Assembly: GCA_036676355.1 (NCBI GenBank)
Contig: JAKFDA010000072.1
Span: 77,705 to 141,704, forward strand
Length of the DNA: 64,000 nt
Reading direction: 5' to 3'
Source of the DNA: Nitrosomonadales bacterium
Lineage (GTDB): Bacteria; Pseudomonadota; Gammaproteobacteria; Burkholderiales; SG8-39
Shown in pieces: positions 1 through 7,784 of this stretch. Position 1 is the stretch's first letter. Every line of letters starts with the position of its first letter. Under the pieces are notes generated by a model. It saw nothing but the letters and a program-made list of their open reading frames with translations, searched no databases and was not told where the DNA came from. The position numbers and the translations under genes were made by a program.

Positions 1-878
1 ATCAGCGCGAATTCATACTCCCCAGCTTCGACATCATTCGTATCCCGCAATGGGCGGCGCGCGCCGAATACTTCGGCGACAACTTCCACACCGAAGTCGT
101 GTGGATTCCGTATCAGAGCTATGACGAAATCGGCAAACCGGGCGCTGAGTTCTATCCCGCCGGCCTGATCGCTGAAGACACGCCCGGCGCGGTGTTCGCC
201 TCGGACGATCGGCCGGCGCGCAACATTTCCAACTCGGCCTACGGTGTGCGCATGAACACGCTGCTCGCCGGCTGGGATCTCGCCGCGTTCTACTATCGCA
301 GCCACAGCGCCACGCCGACCTTCCATCGTGAAATCGATTTGAGCGGTGGCGTGCCGACGGCGATTTTCACGCCGCGCCATGAACGCATCTGGCAGGCGGG
401 CAGCACGTTGAGCAAGGATTTCGGGCCGTTCGTATTGCGCGGCGAAGCGGTCTATACGCACGGGCAGAAGTACAGCGTCGATACGCTCGATGATGTCGAC
501 GGTGTGGTGAAGCGCAACAGTCTCGACTACATCCTCAGCTTCGATATCGCCATGAGCGGCGATACGCGGTTGAACGTGCAAGGCTTCCATCGCATGATTT
601 TCGGCGACGACGGCGACATCGTGCCGAAGTCGGACGGCTTTGGCGCGAGCGTGTTGATGAGCACAAAAATCACGCCGACACTCGAGCCGCAACTGCTGTG
701 GATACAGAGTCTGTCGCACGGCGGCGATCGCATGATCCGCCCGCGCCTGAACTGGTACGTCACCCAGAACACGATGCTCGCGTTCGGGGTGGATATTTTT
801 GCCGGCCCCGATGACGGCTTTTTCGGGCGCTACGGCAATCGCGATCGCATCTATACGGAATTGCGCTACGACTTTTGA
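1..878 (+). CDS. Outer-membrane beta-barrel protein, DUF1302-like (5' partial, continues upstream of window)
   Basis: Frame 3 is open from nt 3 to the stop at 878. The sequence is beta-strand rich and ends ...YTELRYDF, an aromatic terminal residue typical of OM barrels. The family assignment rests on remembered sequence pattern only. Confidence 0.5.
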   Translation, partial: QREFILPSFDIIRIPQWAARAEYFGDNFHTEVVWIPYQSYDEIGKPGAEFYPAGLIAEDTPGAVFASDDRPARNISNSAYGVRMNTLLAGWDLAAFYYRSHSATPTFHREIDLSGGVPTAIFTPRHERIWQAGSTLSKDFGPFVLRGEAVYTHGQKYSVDTLDDVDGVVKRNSLDYILSFDIAMSGDTRLNVQGFHRMIFGDDGDIVPKSDGFGASVLMSTKITPTLEPQLLWIQSLSHGGDRMIRPRLNWYVTQNTMLAFGVDIFAGPDDGFFGRYGNRDRIYTELRYDF

Positions 879-901
879 GTCGGCTGGGTCGGATTGCATT
901 C

Positions 902-937
902 AAAAAAATGGGCAATCGCTGTTTCCAGCGATTGCCC
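902..937 (-). terminator. Rho-independent terminator for the minus-strand acyltransferase transcript
   Basis: Perfect 11-bp stem GGGCAATCGCT/AGCGATTGCCC (910-937) with a 6-nt loop. Read on the minus strand, the hairpin is followed by T7 (plus-strand A-run 902-908). It sits between convergent genes, 126 nt past the stop at 1063. Confidence 0.7.
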
Positions 938-1062
938 GATCGCGAACGGCGAGGAAGCGTTAGGCAAGTGGCTGATCAAGGCCTTTCGGTTAAGGGCATC
1001 GCCGGCGGGGCACGTCGTATCGCTTGCCCTGGCAACCCTACTTGGCGCTCGATCGCACTTCG

Positions 1063-1791
1063 CTAGGCTGCGGCCAGTTCGCTCGCGCCGTGCCGGGTCG
1101 GAGGAGGAAAGCCGCCCAGGCGCTCGCCAAGCTTGACCATATCCTGATGCAACAACACCGCTGGGGCTTGAACACGCGGACACAGGCGTTCCCCGGCCGC
1201 GACGGTGAAATCAAGCGCGCGGCGATAAAAGCGCTCGTGGCGGGGATTCACTTCGATGAACACATCCGTGACGCCTAGCTGATCGGCGATGAAATAAGCG
1301 AGTCGGAACAGGACTGCGAGTGTGGCTTGCGAATTCGCTTCCGGCGCGACGGCGAGGCAGGTCAGTTCGCAAGCGACGCCGCCGCTGTCGCGAACCATAC
1401 CCACTTCGTGGCCGTAAGCTTCATCCACATTCAAGCCGGCGATGGAATCGAAGCGCAGGGTCATCGTGCCGACCGTGTGACCACTTTGTGTTGCGAGGAT
1501 CGTGACCGCATGCGTTTCCTTGTCCGGGCGTCCCGCATCGCTCATTGATTGATAACCGCGTGCGGTATAGCGCTGTGCGACCAGTTCGCGCGCAGCAGCG
1601 AACTCGGCGTGGACACTCGCAATGCTTGCGCACAAGCCGGAGCGCACATCCTCCAGCACGCAGTTGGCGAATGAGGCCGGGGTCAGAAGTACCGGTTTCC
1701 CCTTGTTCCAGAGTTCGCTTACCGCGCTCGCGCGTTTCTTATAGGAATGGATGTCGGCGCTACCTGCCTCGGCAAGGGGAAAAATATGCAT
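1063..1791 (-). CDS. FeeM-like N-acyl amino acid synthase (GNAT/LuxI-like); probably the PEP-CTERM/exosortase-associated acyltransferase family
   Basis: 242 aa with an ATG start at 1791. The core ...GTMTLRFD...ELTCLAV...VFIEVNPRHERFYRRALDF...APAVLL matches the FeeM-type N-acyl amino acid synthase pattern. It lies next to an exosortase A locus, as described for TIGR03694 (recalled from memory). Confidence 0.65.
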   Translation of the reverse strand: MHIFPLAEAGSADIHSYKKRASAVSELWNKGKPVLLTPASFANCVLEDVRSGLCASIASVHAEFAAARELVAQRYTARGYQSMSDAGRPDKETHAVTILATQSGHTVGTMTLRFDSIAGLNVDEAYGHEVGMVRDSGGVACELTCLAVAPEANSQATLAVLFRLAYFIADQLGVTDVFIEVNPRHERFYRRALDFTVAAGERLCPRVQAPAVLLHQDMVKLGERLGGFPPPTRHGASELAAA

Positions 1792-1842
1792 GTGGTTCGT
1801 CCTGCTCTGGTTCGTTGTAAAAAATACTGCTCGGGCTGGTAG

Positions 1843-1858
1843 AGCAAGGCATGGGCCA
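1843..1858 (-). promoter_or_regulatory. Candidate sigma-54 (-24/-12) promoter of the acyltransferase gene
   Basis: The minus strand reads TGGCCC-ATGCC-TTGCT against the consensus TGGCAC-N5-TTGCW, with exact GG/GC spacing. The -12 element lies about 50 nt upstream of the ATG at 1791. An AGGA Shine-Dalgarno-like motif (within GCAGGA) lies about 9 nt before the ATG. Confidence 0.5.
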
Positions 1859-2005
1859 CCCTGAAAATGTTATGCGGTTCAGTCACTTACGGATGGTCTT
1901 AGAGAGAAGATGGAAATATTACGTCGGGATGACCAGACGATAGAGCGGGCTGATTGAGTAAGCGATTGTTTCGAGAGTGTTTTGCCCAGTCGTCATATGG
2001 CGACA

Positions 2006-2022
2006 TAGACAAACGGTGTCTA
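2006..2022. promoter_or_regulatory. Perfect palindrome TAGACA-N5-TGTCTA, candidate enhancer-binding-protein/UAS site
   Basis: A 6+5+6 inverted repeat centred about 156 bp upstream of the sigma-54 -24 element. This is the usual distance range for bEBP upstream activating sequences. The binding protein is unknown. Confidence 0.25.
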
Positions 2023-2087
2023 GCAAAAACGCGCGGCGTGCCCGGCTCTATTGGCCGAATCGCATGTCAGCGGTTCGCCGCCGCCGC

Positions 2088-3311
2088 TCAGACGTTTTGT
2101 CTGAGCGCATCCACGATCGGGGTGTCCGCAACCTTCCAGGCGGGTAGCAGACTTGCCAGCAGCGCGGCAAGAATTCCGACCGCTCCGGCTCCGGCAATGA
2201 CTTCGGGCACCAGCCGGATAAACGCGGTATAGCCCACATTGGAACTGGGCGGCGGTGGCATCGGGATGCCGATGGCTGAAATCAGCACAGCCAGCAGCAC
2301 GCCAAGCGCGGTGCCGACTGCCGCGCCAATCAGGCCAAGCAGCAGGCTTTCCGTCACGACCAGTGCAAACACATCGCGGCCGCGATTGCCGAGCGCGCGC
2401 AATGTGCCGAATTCGCCCTGGCGCTCGAATACCGCCATGTTCACGGTGTTGGTCACGCTGAGCAGAACCATGATCAGAATGATGAGACGCAGCACGCCGA
2501 ATTGGCGGTCGTAAAGCGCGACGGTCTTCTCGTAAAAATCGTTCAACTGCTGCCATGTGCGAACGGCCAGCCCTTGTTGTCTTACCGCATTTTCAATGTG
2601 TCGGGCAGACGAGCTTGTGTCGTCGGTGCGATGCAGACTGACCACGACAACGCTCACCCCCGGCGTTGCCAGCAGATCCTGCGCCGCCGCGAGCGAGAGT
2701 CTTACGGCGCGGGCGTCATAGTCCCTGGAGAAGGACTGGAACACCCCGCTGACATTGAAATCGAGCGTGTTCATCGCCCCGCCCGGCGTGCTGACCACGA
2801 GCGTGACCGGGTCGCCGGGGGCGAGCTTCAAGGTCTGCGCGACGCCTTCGCCGATGACGATGCTGTTCGCCTCATCCGGCTTGAATGGTCCGCCGGCGAC
2901 GAAGCGCAGCGACGTGCCCAGCCTCGCTTCAAGTTCGGGTTCGATACCTTCGGCGATCACTGCGAAGTCGGTGCGACCGTTATTGAGCAGGGCGTAGAAA
3001 TTCAGCCGCCCCATGACGAAGGCGACGCCGGGTTGGGCGGCGATGCGTTGCTTCAGTTCATCCGGGTTGTCGATAAGGAACTCTTCGGGTCGGCGCGAGC
3101 CTTCGCCGAAGAATTGCGGTTTCGCCACTTGCACATGGCCGCTTTGCGAATGGATGAAAGCCTCGCCCAACTGCACGAAGATATCCTGCACGAAGCCGCC
3201 GGTGAGGATGATCCCGCTGACACCGATCACGATCGCGGCCAGGGTCATTGCCGTGCGCAGCTTGTGCCGCAGGATGTTGCGCAGGGATAAGGTCAGAATC
3301 CGGCCGGTCAC
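2088..3311 (-). CDS. FtsX/MacB/LolE-like ABC transporter permease
   Basis: 407 aa, GTG start. The N-terminus TGRILTLSLRNILRHKLRT + TM1 is followed by a large periplasmic domain and three C-terminal TM helices, the typical FtsX-family layout. Confidence 0.8.
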   Translation of the reverse strand: MTGRILTLSLRNILRHKLRTAMTLAAIVIGVSGIILTGGFVQDIFVQLGEAFIHSQSGHVQVAKPQFFGEGSRRPEEFLIDNPDELKQRIAAQPGVAFVMGRLNFYALLNNGRTDFAVIAEGIEPELEARLGTSLRFVAGGPFKPDEANSIVIGEGVAQTLKLAPGDPVTLVVSTPGGAMNTLDFNVSGVFQSFSRDYDARAVRLSLAAAQDLLATPGVSVVVVSLHRTDDTSSSARHIENAVRQQGLAVRTWQQLNDFYEKTVALYDRQFGVLRLIILIMVLLSVTNTVNMAVFERQGEFGTLRALGNRGRDVFALVVTESLLLGLIGAAVGTALGVLLAVLISAIGIPMPPPPSSNVGYTAFIRLVPEVIAGAGAVGILAALLASLLPAWKVADTPIVDALRQNV

Positions 3312-3320
3312 GGCGCATCC

Positions 3321-4565
3321 TTAACGTGCATGCCGCAGCGCGTCGACGATTTCGAGCCGCGACGCGCGCCACGCCGGATAGATGCTCGCCGCCAGCGTGG
3401 TGACCACCGCGAGCAACCAGGCATCGAACGCCAACGGCAGCGTAACGCGGATTTCGCCGGTGAAGCCGCGCGCCATTCCGGGTGGCGGCGGCATCGGAAT
3501 GCCGATTTTGGAAATCAGTAGCGCGAGCGCGATGCCGAACACCAGTCCGATCGCACCGCCCATCACGCCCAGTGCCAGGCCCTCGCCGAGGAATTGCCGC
3601 AGAATCTGCCGCCGCGTGGAGCCGAGCGCGAGCGAGGTGCCGATCTCGCTGACGCGCTCGAGCACGCTCATGGTCAGAGTATTCGAAATGCTGAGCACGA
3701 TGATGATCGCGATGATCAGCTTCACCACGCCGACCTGCTTGGAGAACAGGCTGACGGTCTTGTTGTAAAAATCGGCCAACTCGTACCACGGCACGAACGA
3801 CAGCTTGAGGTTGGTTTTTCCCTGACTGGCCTGTCCACCGTACTTTGCACGCAACAACGCAAGCGTCCGGTCCGTGTGCGCGGTGTCCTGCAGCACGACG
3901 ATCCAGCTATGCGCGCCTTCGACGCGCAATAGTTGCTGTGCCATGCCAAGCGGCAGGCGCAGCGCCGAATCGTCGTAGCTTTTCGCCACCGTCGAAAATG
4001 TACCGCGCACCGGCCCCTCAACCGCGTTGATGCCGCCCGAGGGCGTGTTGGCGATCAGCACGATTGTGTCGCCGACCTGGGCGCCGAGGTTTTGCGCCAG
4101 GCCGTGGCCGAGCACCATGCCCTGCATGTCGTCGGGTGCGAGATCGCTGCCGCCGGTGATAATGGTGCCGCGGTTGAGCGAAGCTTCGCGTGCGGGCAGC
4201 ATGCCCTCGCCGATGAACGAAAGCGTAGTATCGCCGCGGCTGGCGAGTCCCGAGAAACTCAATCGCGGCGCAACGGCCACCACGTTCGGCAATCGCTCGA
4301 TGTCGCGCAGAATGGGCGATTCTTCCGGCAGCAGGTAGGCGAACGGATCGGCCTGCCCGCCTTCCAGATAACCTTGCTGCACGATCTGTATATGTCCCAG
4401 GCGCGAGCGGATCGTGTCTTCGCGCATCGCCCAGTACACCCATTCGACGAACCCGGCCGCCACCAGCAGTGCGACCACGCCGAAGGCGATCGATGCGATG
4501 CCGAACAGGCTGCGACGGCGATGCCGCAGCACATTTCGAAGCGCGATATGAAGATCGGTCAGCAA
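3321..4565 (-). CDS. FtsX/MacB/LolC-like ABC transporter permease (paralogue of the downstream gene)
   Basis: 414 aa, TTG start. It begins LTDLHIALRNVLRHRRRS + TM and has the same 1+3 TM architecture. Its stop lies 9 nt before the next permease start. Confidence 0.8.
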   Translation of the reverse strand: MLTDLHIALRNVLRHRRRSLFGIASIAFGVVALLVAAGFVEWVYWAMREDTIRSRLGHIQIVQQGYLEGGQADPFAYLLPEESPILRDIERLPNVVAVAPRLSFSGLASRGDTTLSFIGEGMLPAREASLNRGTIITGGSDLAPDDMQGMVLGHGLAQNLGAQVGDTIVLIANTPSGGINAVEGPVRGTFSTVAKSYDDSALRLPLGMAQQLLRVEGAHSWIVVLQDTAHTDRTLALLRAKYGGQASQGKTNLKLSFVPWYELADFYNKTVSLFSKQVGVVKLIIAIIIVLSISNTLTMSVLERVSEIGTSLALGSTRRQILRQFLGEGLALGVMGGAIGLVFGIALALLISKIGIPMPPPPGMARGFTGEIRVTLPLAFDAWLLAVVTTLAASIYPAWRASRLEIVDALRHAR

Positions 4566-4677
4566 GGTGCAGGGGCAATCAGGGAGGCGTTGCGCACGAT
4601 GGCGGGCGTGGTCGGCACGATACTAGCATCGGCCGGCAGACCGCCAATCGCCGACGCTTTCTGCGAGCGTATTTCAT

Positions 4678-5541
4678 TTGAACGCATTCGATTACGACAC
4701 CGCCTTCACGCGCAACATAGGATGGGTCACCCCGGCCGAGCAGCAAAAGCTGCGCCGTGCGCGCGTGGCAATCGCCGGATTGGGCGGCGTCGGCGGTTTT
4801 CACTTACTCACGCTTGCGCGGCTGGGCATCAGCGCGTTCAACCTGGCGGAATTCGATCGCTTCGGGCTGGCCAACTTCAATCGCCAGGCCGGCGCGATGG
4901 TTTCCACGCTGGGGCGGCCCAAGCTCGAGGTGATGATCGAAATGGCACGCGATATCAACCCCGAACTCGACATACGTACTTTTCCGGAAGGCGTGCAACC
5001 GCACAACGCCGACGACTTTCTGCGCGACGTGGATGTGTATGTGGATGGACTCGATTTCTTCGCTTTCGCCGCTCGCCGGCTGACCTTCGGCGCCTGCACG
5101 CGTCTGCGCGTGCCGGCCACGACGGCCGCGCCGATCGGCATGGGCGTCGCGCTGCTGAACTTCATGCCGGGCGGCATGAGCTTCGAAGATTATTTTCGCC
5201 TCGACGGCCTGTCGGAAGCCGAGATGGCACTCCGTTTCCTTGTCGGCCTAACCCCGTCGATGCTGCAGCGGACGTATCTGATGCAACGCGAAGCGGTTCG
5301 CCTCGCGCGTGGCGCCGGACCTTCCACGCCGATGGCGTGTCAGTTGTGCGCGGGTGTTGCGGCGACCGAAACGCTCAAGATCATCCTTCGCCGCGGCGAC
5401 GTCGTGGCTGTCCCGCGCGGTCTGCATTTCGATGCCTACCGCTGCAGGTACATGCGCACCTGGCGACCGGGCGGCAATGCCAATCCGCTGCAGAAAGTGC
5501 TGATGTGGATCATCGCGCGTCAACTCAGGCAGACGCGCTGA
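4678..5541 (+). CDS. ThiF/MoeB/HesA-family E1-like adenylyltransferase (stand-alone, about 287 aa)
   Basis: TTG start. Carries the nucleotide-binding motif VAIAGLGGVGG and FNRQ...GRPK typical of the ThiF family. It has no rhodanese or CxxC C-terminal domain. Confidence 0.8.
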   Translation: MNAFDYDTAFTRNIGWVTPAEQQKLRRARVAIAGLGGVGGFHLLTLARLGISAFNLAEFDRFGLANFNRQAGAMVSTLGRPKLEVMIEMARDINPELDIRTFPEGVQPHNADDFLRDVDVYVDGLDFFAFAARRLTFGACTRLRVPATTAAPIGMGVALLNFMPGGMSFEDYFRLDGLSEAEMALRFLVGLTPSMLQRTYLMQREAVRLARGAGPSTPMACQLCAGVAATETLKIILRRGDVVAVPRGLHFDAYRCRYMRTWRPGGNANPLQKVLMWIIARQLRQTR

Positions 5542-5581
5542 TGAAGAGGCTCGCACTATCGATAACAGCGAAAGTAAACGC

Positions 5582-6625
5582 GTGCTGACCGAGGAAGCGA
5601 TGCACGACATTCTCGAAGCCGGCGTGTGGGCGCCGTCTGCCGAGAATCGCCATGTGTTCCGCCACAGCGTGCAGGGCGCGAGCGTGCGGCTGCATCTGGA
5701 TCCTGCCCTTGCACGCGTCAACGCGGATCAGTATTACGTGGCGCTGCTGTCGATCGGGGCGGTGATCGAGAACATGCGTCTCGCAGCGGGCATGCATGCA
5801 CTGGATGTCGACTGGCAACGCGGCGATAGCGGCGCCGCTGCCGACGTGGTCGTGACGTTCAGACCCGATCGGCAATCGCCCGATGAGCTTGCCGAGTACA
5901 TCAAGCAACGACACACCAACCGTCGTCCGGTTTTCCAGGGGCCGCGTCTGCACGCGGCGGAGCAGCGCGCGATCGAAGCGTCGCTCGCGCCGCTCGGCGA
6001 ACGCTGGCGCGTGCACTGGTTCGACGACAGGCGTTCGCGTATCGCGTTGTGCGAATTGATGGCGGAAGCCGAGACGCATCGCTTCGCCAACGCGCAACTG
6101 CATCAAGCGATGTTCGACGGCATTCGATTCGATATCGGCTGGCGTAGCGGTGCGAGCGAAGGACTGCCGCCCGCGGCGTTGCAAATCGAACCGGGAATGC
6201 GCGCCGCGTTCGCATCGCTGCGTCATTGGCCGTTGGTGCGCACGCTGGCGCGCTTCGGTCTGCATCGCGGCATCGCCTGGCGGGCGAGCTATATGCCGGC
6301 GCGCTGGGCGCCGCATGTGTGCGTGGTGGCATCGCGCACACCGGTCGATACGAATGGCGACATGATCGAAGCGGGGCGCGCGATGGAACGCGCATGGCTC
6401 GCCGCGACGCAGCTCAATCTCGCCGTGCAACCGTTCGCAGCATCGGTCGCGCTGGCGCGACCGGGACCCGGCGCGCTCGAGGAATCGGCGCGCGCCGCGC
6501 TGGTGCGCGCCTGGCAGAAGCTCATGCCCGACGCGCAACCGGTGATGGTGTTCAGACTGGGGCATGCCGCCCCGCCGATCGTCCGCGCCGGTCGTCCTGC
6601 GCCCGCCGCGCTCGCGCTGCGCTGA
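5582..6625 (+). CDS. Nitroreductase-superfamily (FMN) protein, two-lobed Acg/SagB-like type
   Basis: 347 aa. Motifs ILEAGVWAPSAENRH and RHTNRRPF are nitroreductase hallmarks. Start is GTG at 5582 or ATG at 5600. It begins 40 nt after the ThiF stop, so it is probably co-transcribed. Confidence 0.7.
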   Translation: MLTEEAMHDILEAGVWAPSAENRHVFRHSVQGASVRLHLDPALARVNADQYYVALLSIGAVIENMRLAAGMHALDVDWQRGDSGAAADVVVTFRPDRQSPDELAEYIKQRHTNRRPVFQGPRLHAAEQRAIEASLAPLGERWRVHWFDDRRSRIALCELMAEAETHRFANAQLHQAMFDGIRFDIGWRSGASEGLPPAALQIEPGMRAAFASLRHWPLVRTLARFGLHRGIAWRASYMPARWAPHVCVVASRTPVDTNGDMIEAGRAMERAWLAATQLNLAVQPFAASVALARPGPGALEESARAALVRAWQKLMPDAQPVMVFRLGHAAPPIVRAGRPAPAALALR

Positions 6626-6962
6626 GAACCCGGTTAGGTGCGCTCGCTGCCGCGTAACGCGGTGCCGCGACAGCGCACGCCGCAGTCTTCATCACATTTA
6701 ACAACTCGGTCGACGGCTTTGGGGAATGCTGTATTCGATGTCGCGTTCACCGCTGTCGCAACGCACTTTGGCGGGCGTCGAGGGTCGGGTTAAAGATTGT
6801 CAACTTCGCGCATTTGCACAATCGGCGGAGTTAGTCTCGCGGCTCCGCTTCACTGCCCGCGCAACGTCAATCGAGTGCGCGATCAATATCCGAAGGCTTG
6901 AGTTTAAAGGTCGGCGCTTCTCGAAAATACCAATGAGCGATCCGCACAAAGGGAGATGTTTG

Positions 6963-7595
6963 ATGGCCGTTGTTTATGACTCTGTATTTCGTCGCGCGCT
7001 CCTGTTGCTTGCAATGTTCTGTTGCGCGTTGTTGACCGCATGCGGTACCGGAATCGGTTATCCGCCGGCCCCCACGGCCGCGGCAACGCCGGATTACCGT
7101 TACGTCGTCGGTCCCGGTGATCAGGTCAGCATCATCGTGTGGCGCAATCCGGAGCTATCGCTTGCCGTCCCGGTGCGTCCGGACGGTCTGATCACGACGC
7201 CGCTGGTCGAGGACTTGCCCGCGGCCGGCAAGGATCCGACCGTGCTCGCCCGCGATATCGAAAAGGCGCTCGGCAAATACATCCGCGATCCGGTCGTCAC
7301 GGTGATCGTCACCAACTTCGTCGGACCGTACAGCGAGCAGATCCGCGTGATCGGCGAGGCCGGCAAACCGCAGACGCTGCCGTACCGCCAGAACATGACT
7401 TTACTCGACGTGATGATTGCCGTCGGCGGCCTCACCGATTTCGCCGACGGCAACAGCGCGGTACTGCTGCGTACCGCGGAGGGCGGCAAGCAGTACACCG
7501 TGCGCTTGCAGGATCTCATCAAGCGCGGCGACGTGACGGCCAACGCGGACGTCAAGCCGGGCGACGTGCTGATCATTCCGCAAAGCTGGTTTTGA
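6963..7595 (+). CDS. Polysaccharide export lipoprotein (Wza/EpsE-like, PEP-CTERM locus type)
   Basis: ATG at 6963 is preceded by GGGAGA. Lipobox LLTAC. The motif YRYVVGPGDQVSIIVWRNPELS...RPDG is the Poly_export/SLBB signature. The longer ORF-track start at 6726 is unlikely. Confidence 0.8.
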   Translation: MAVVYDSVFRRALLLLAMFCCALLTACGTGIGYPPAPTAAATPDYRYVVGPGDQVSIIVWRNPELSLAVPVRPDGLITTPLVEDLPAAGKDPTVLARDIEKALGKYIRDPVVTVIVTNFVGPYSEQIRVIGEAGKPQTLPYRQNMTLLDVMIAVGGLTDFADGNSAVLLRTAEGGKQYTVRLQDLIKRGDVTANADVKPGDVLIIPQSWF

Positions 7596-7784
7596 AGAAG
7601 GCTGGCCGAGTATCAAGGATGGTCGCGAGTGCGCGAAGCTGTACGAGCGACGACAAAGCAACCGACGTCCTATGGGTGATGCACCCGCGAAAGCGCCGGT
7701 CGAGAAGTCTTCATCGAAGCCCGCTTGTCGGGTGAGTGAAGTTGAAGTAAGTGCCGTAAGCAACGAAACAAGAGGTGTGGATTC

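Noticed and set aside
6626-6962. Long (337 nt) non-coding leader before the polysaccharide export gene, examined for sigma-54 sites, riboswitch-like structure or a small ORF.
   Set aside because: I saw only short GC-rich stems and no motif with correct sigma-54 spacing. The track ORF starting at 6726 has no Shine-Dalgarno motif and an implausible N-terminus. There is nothing I can support without covariance or TSS data.
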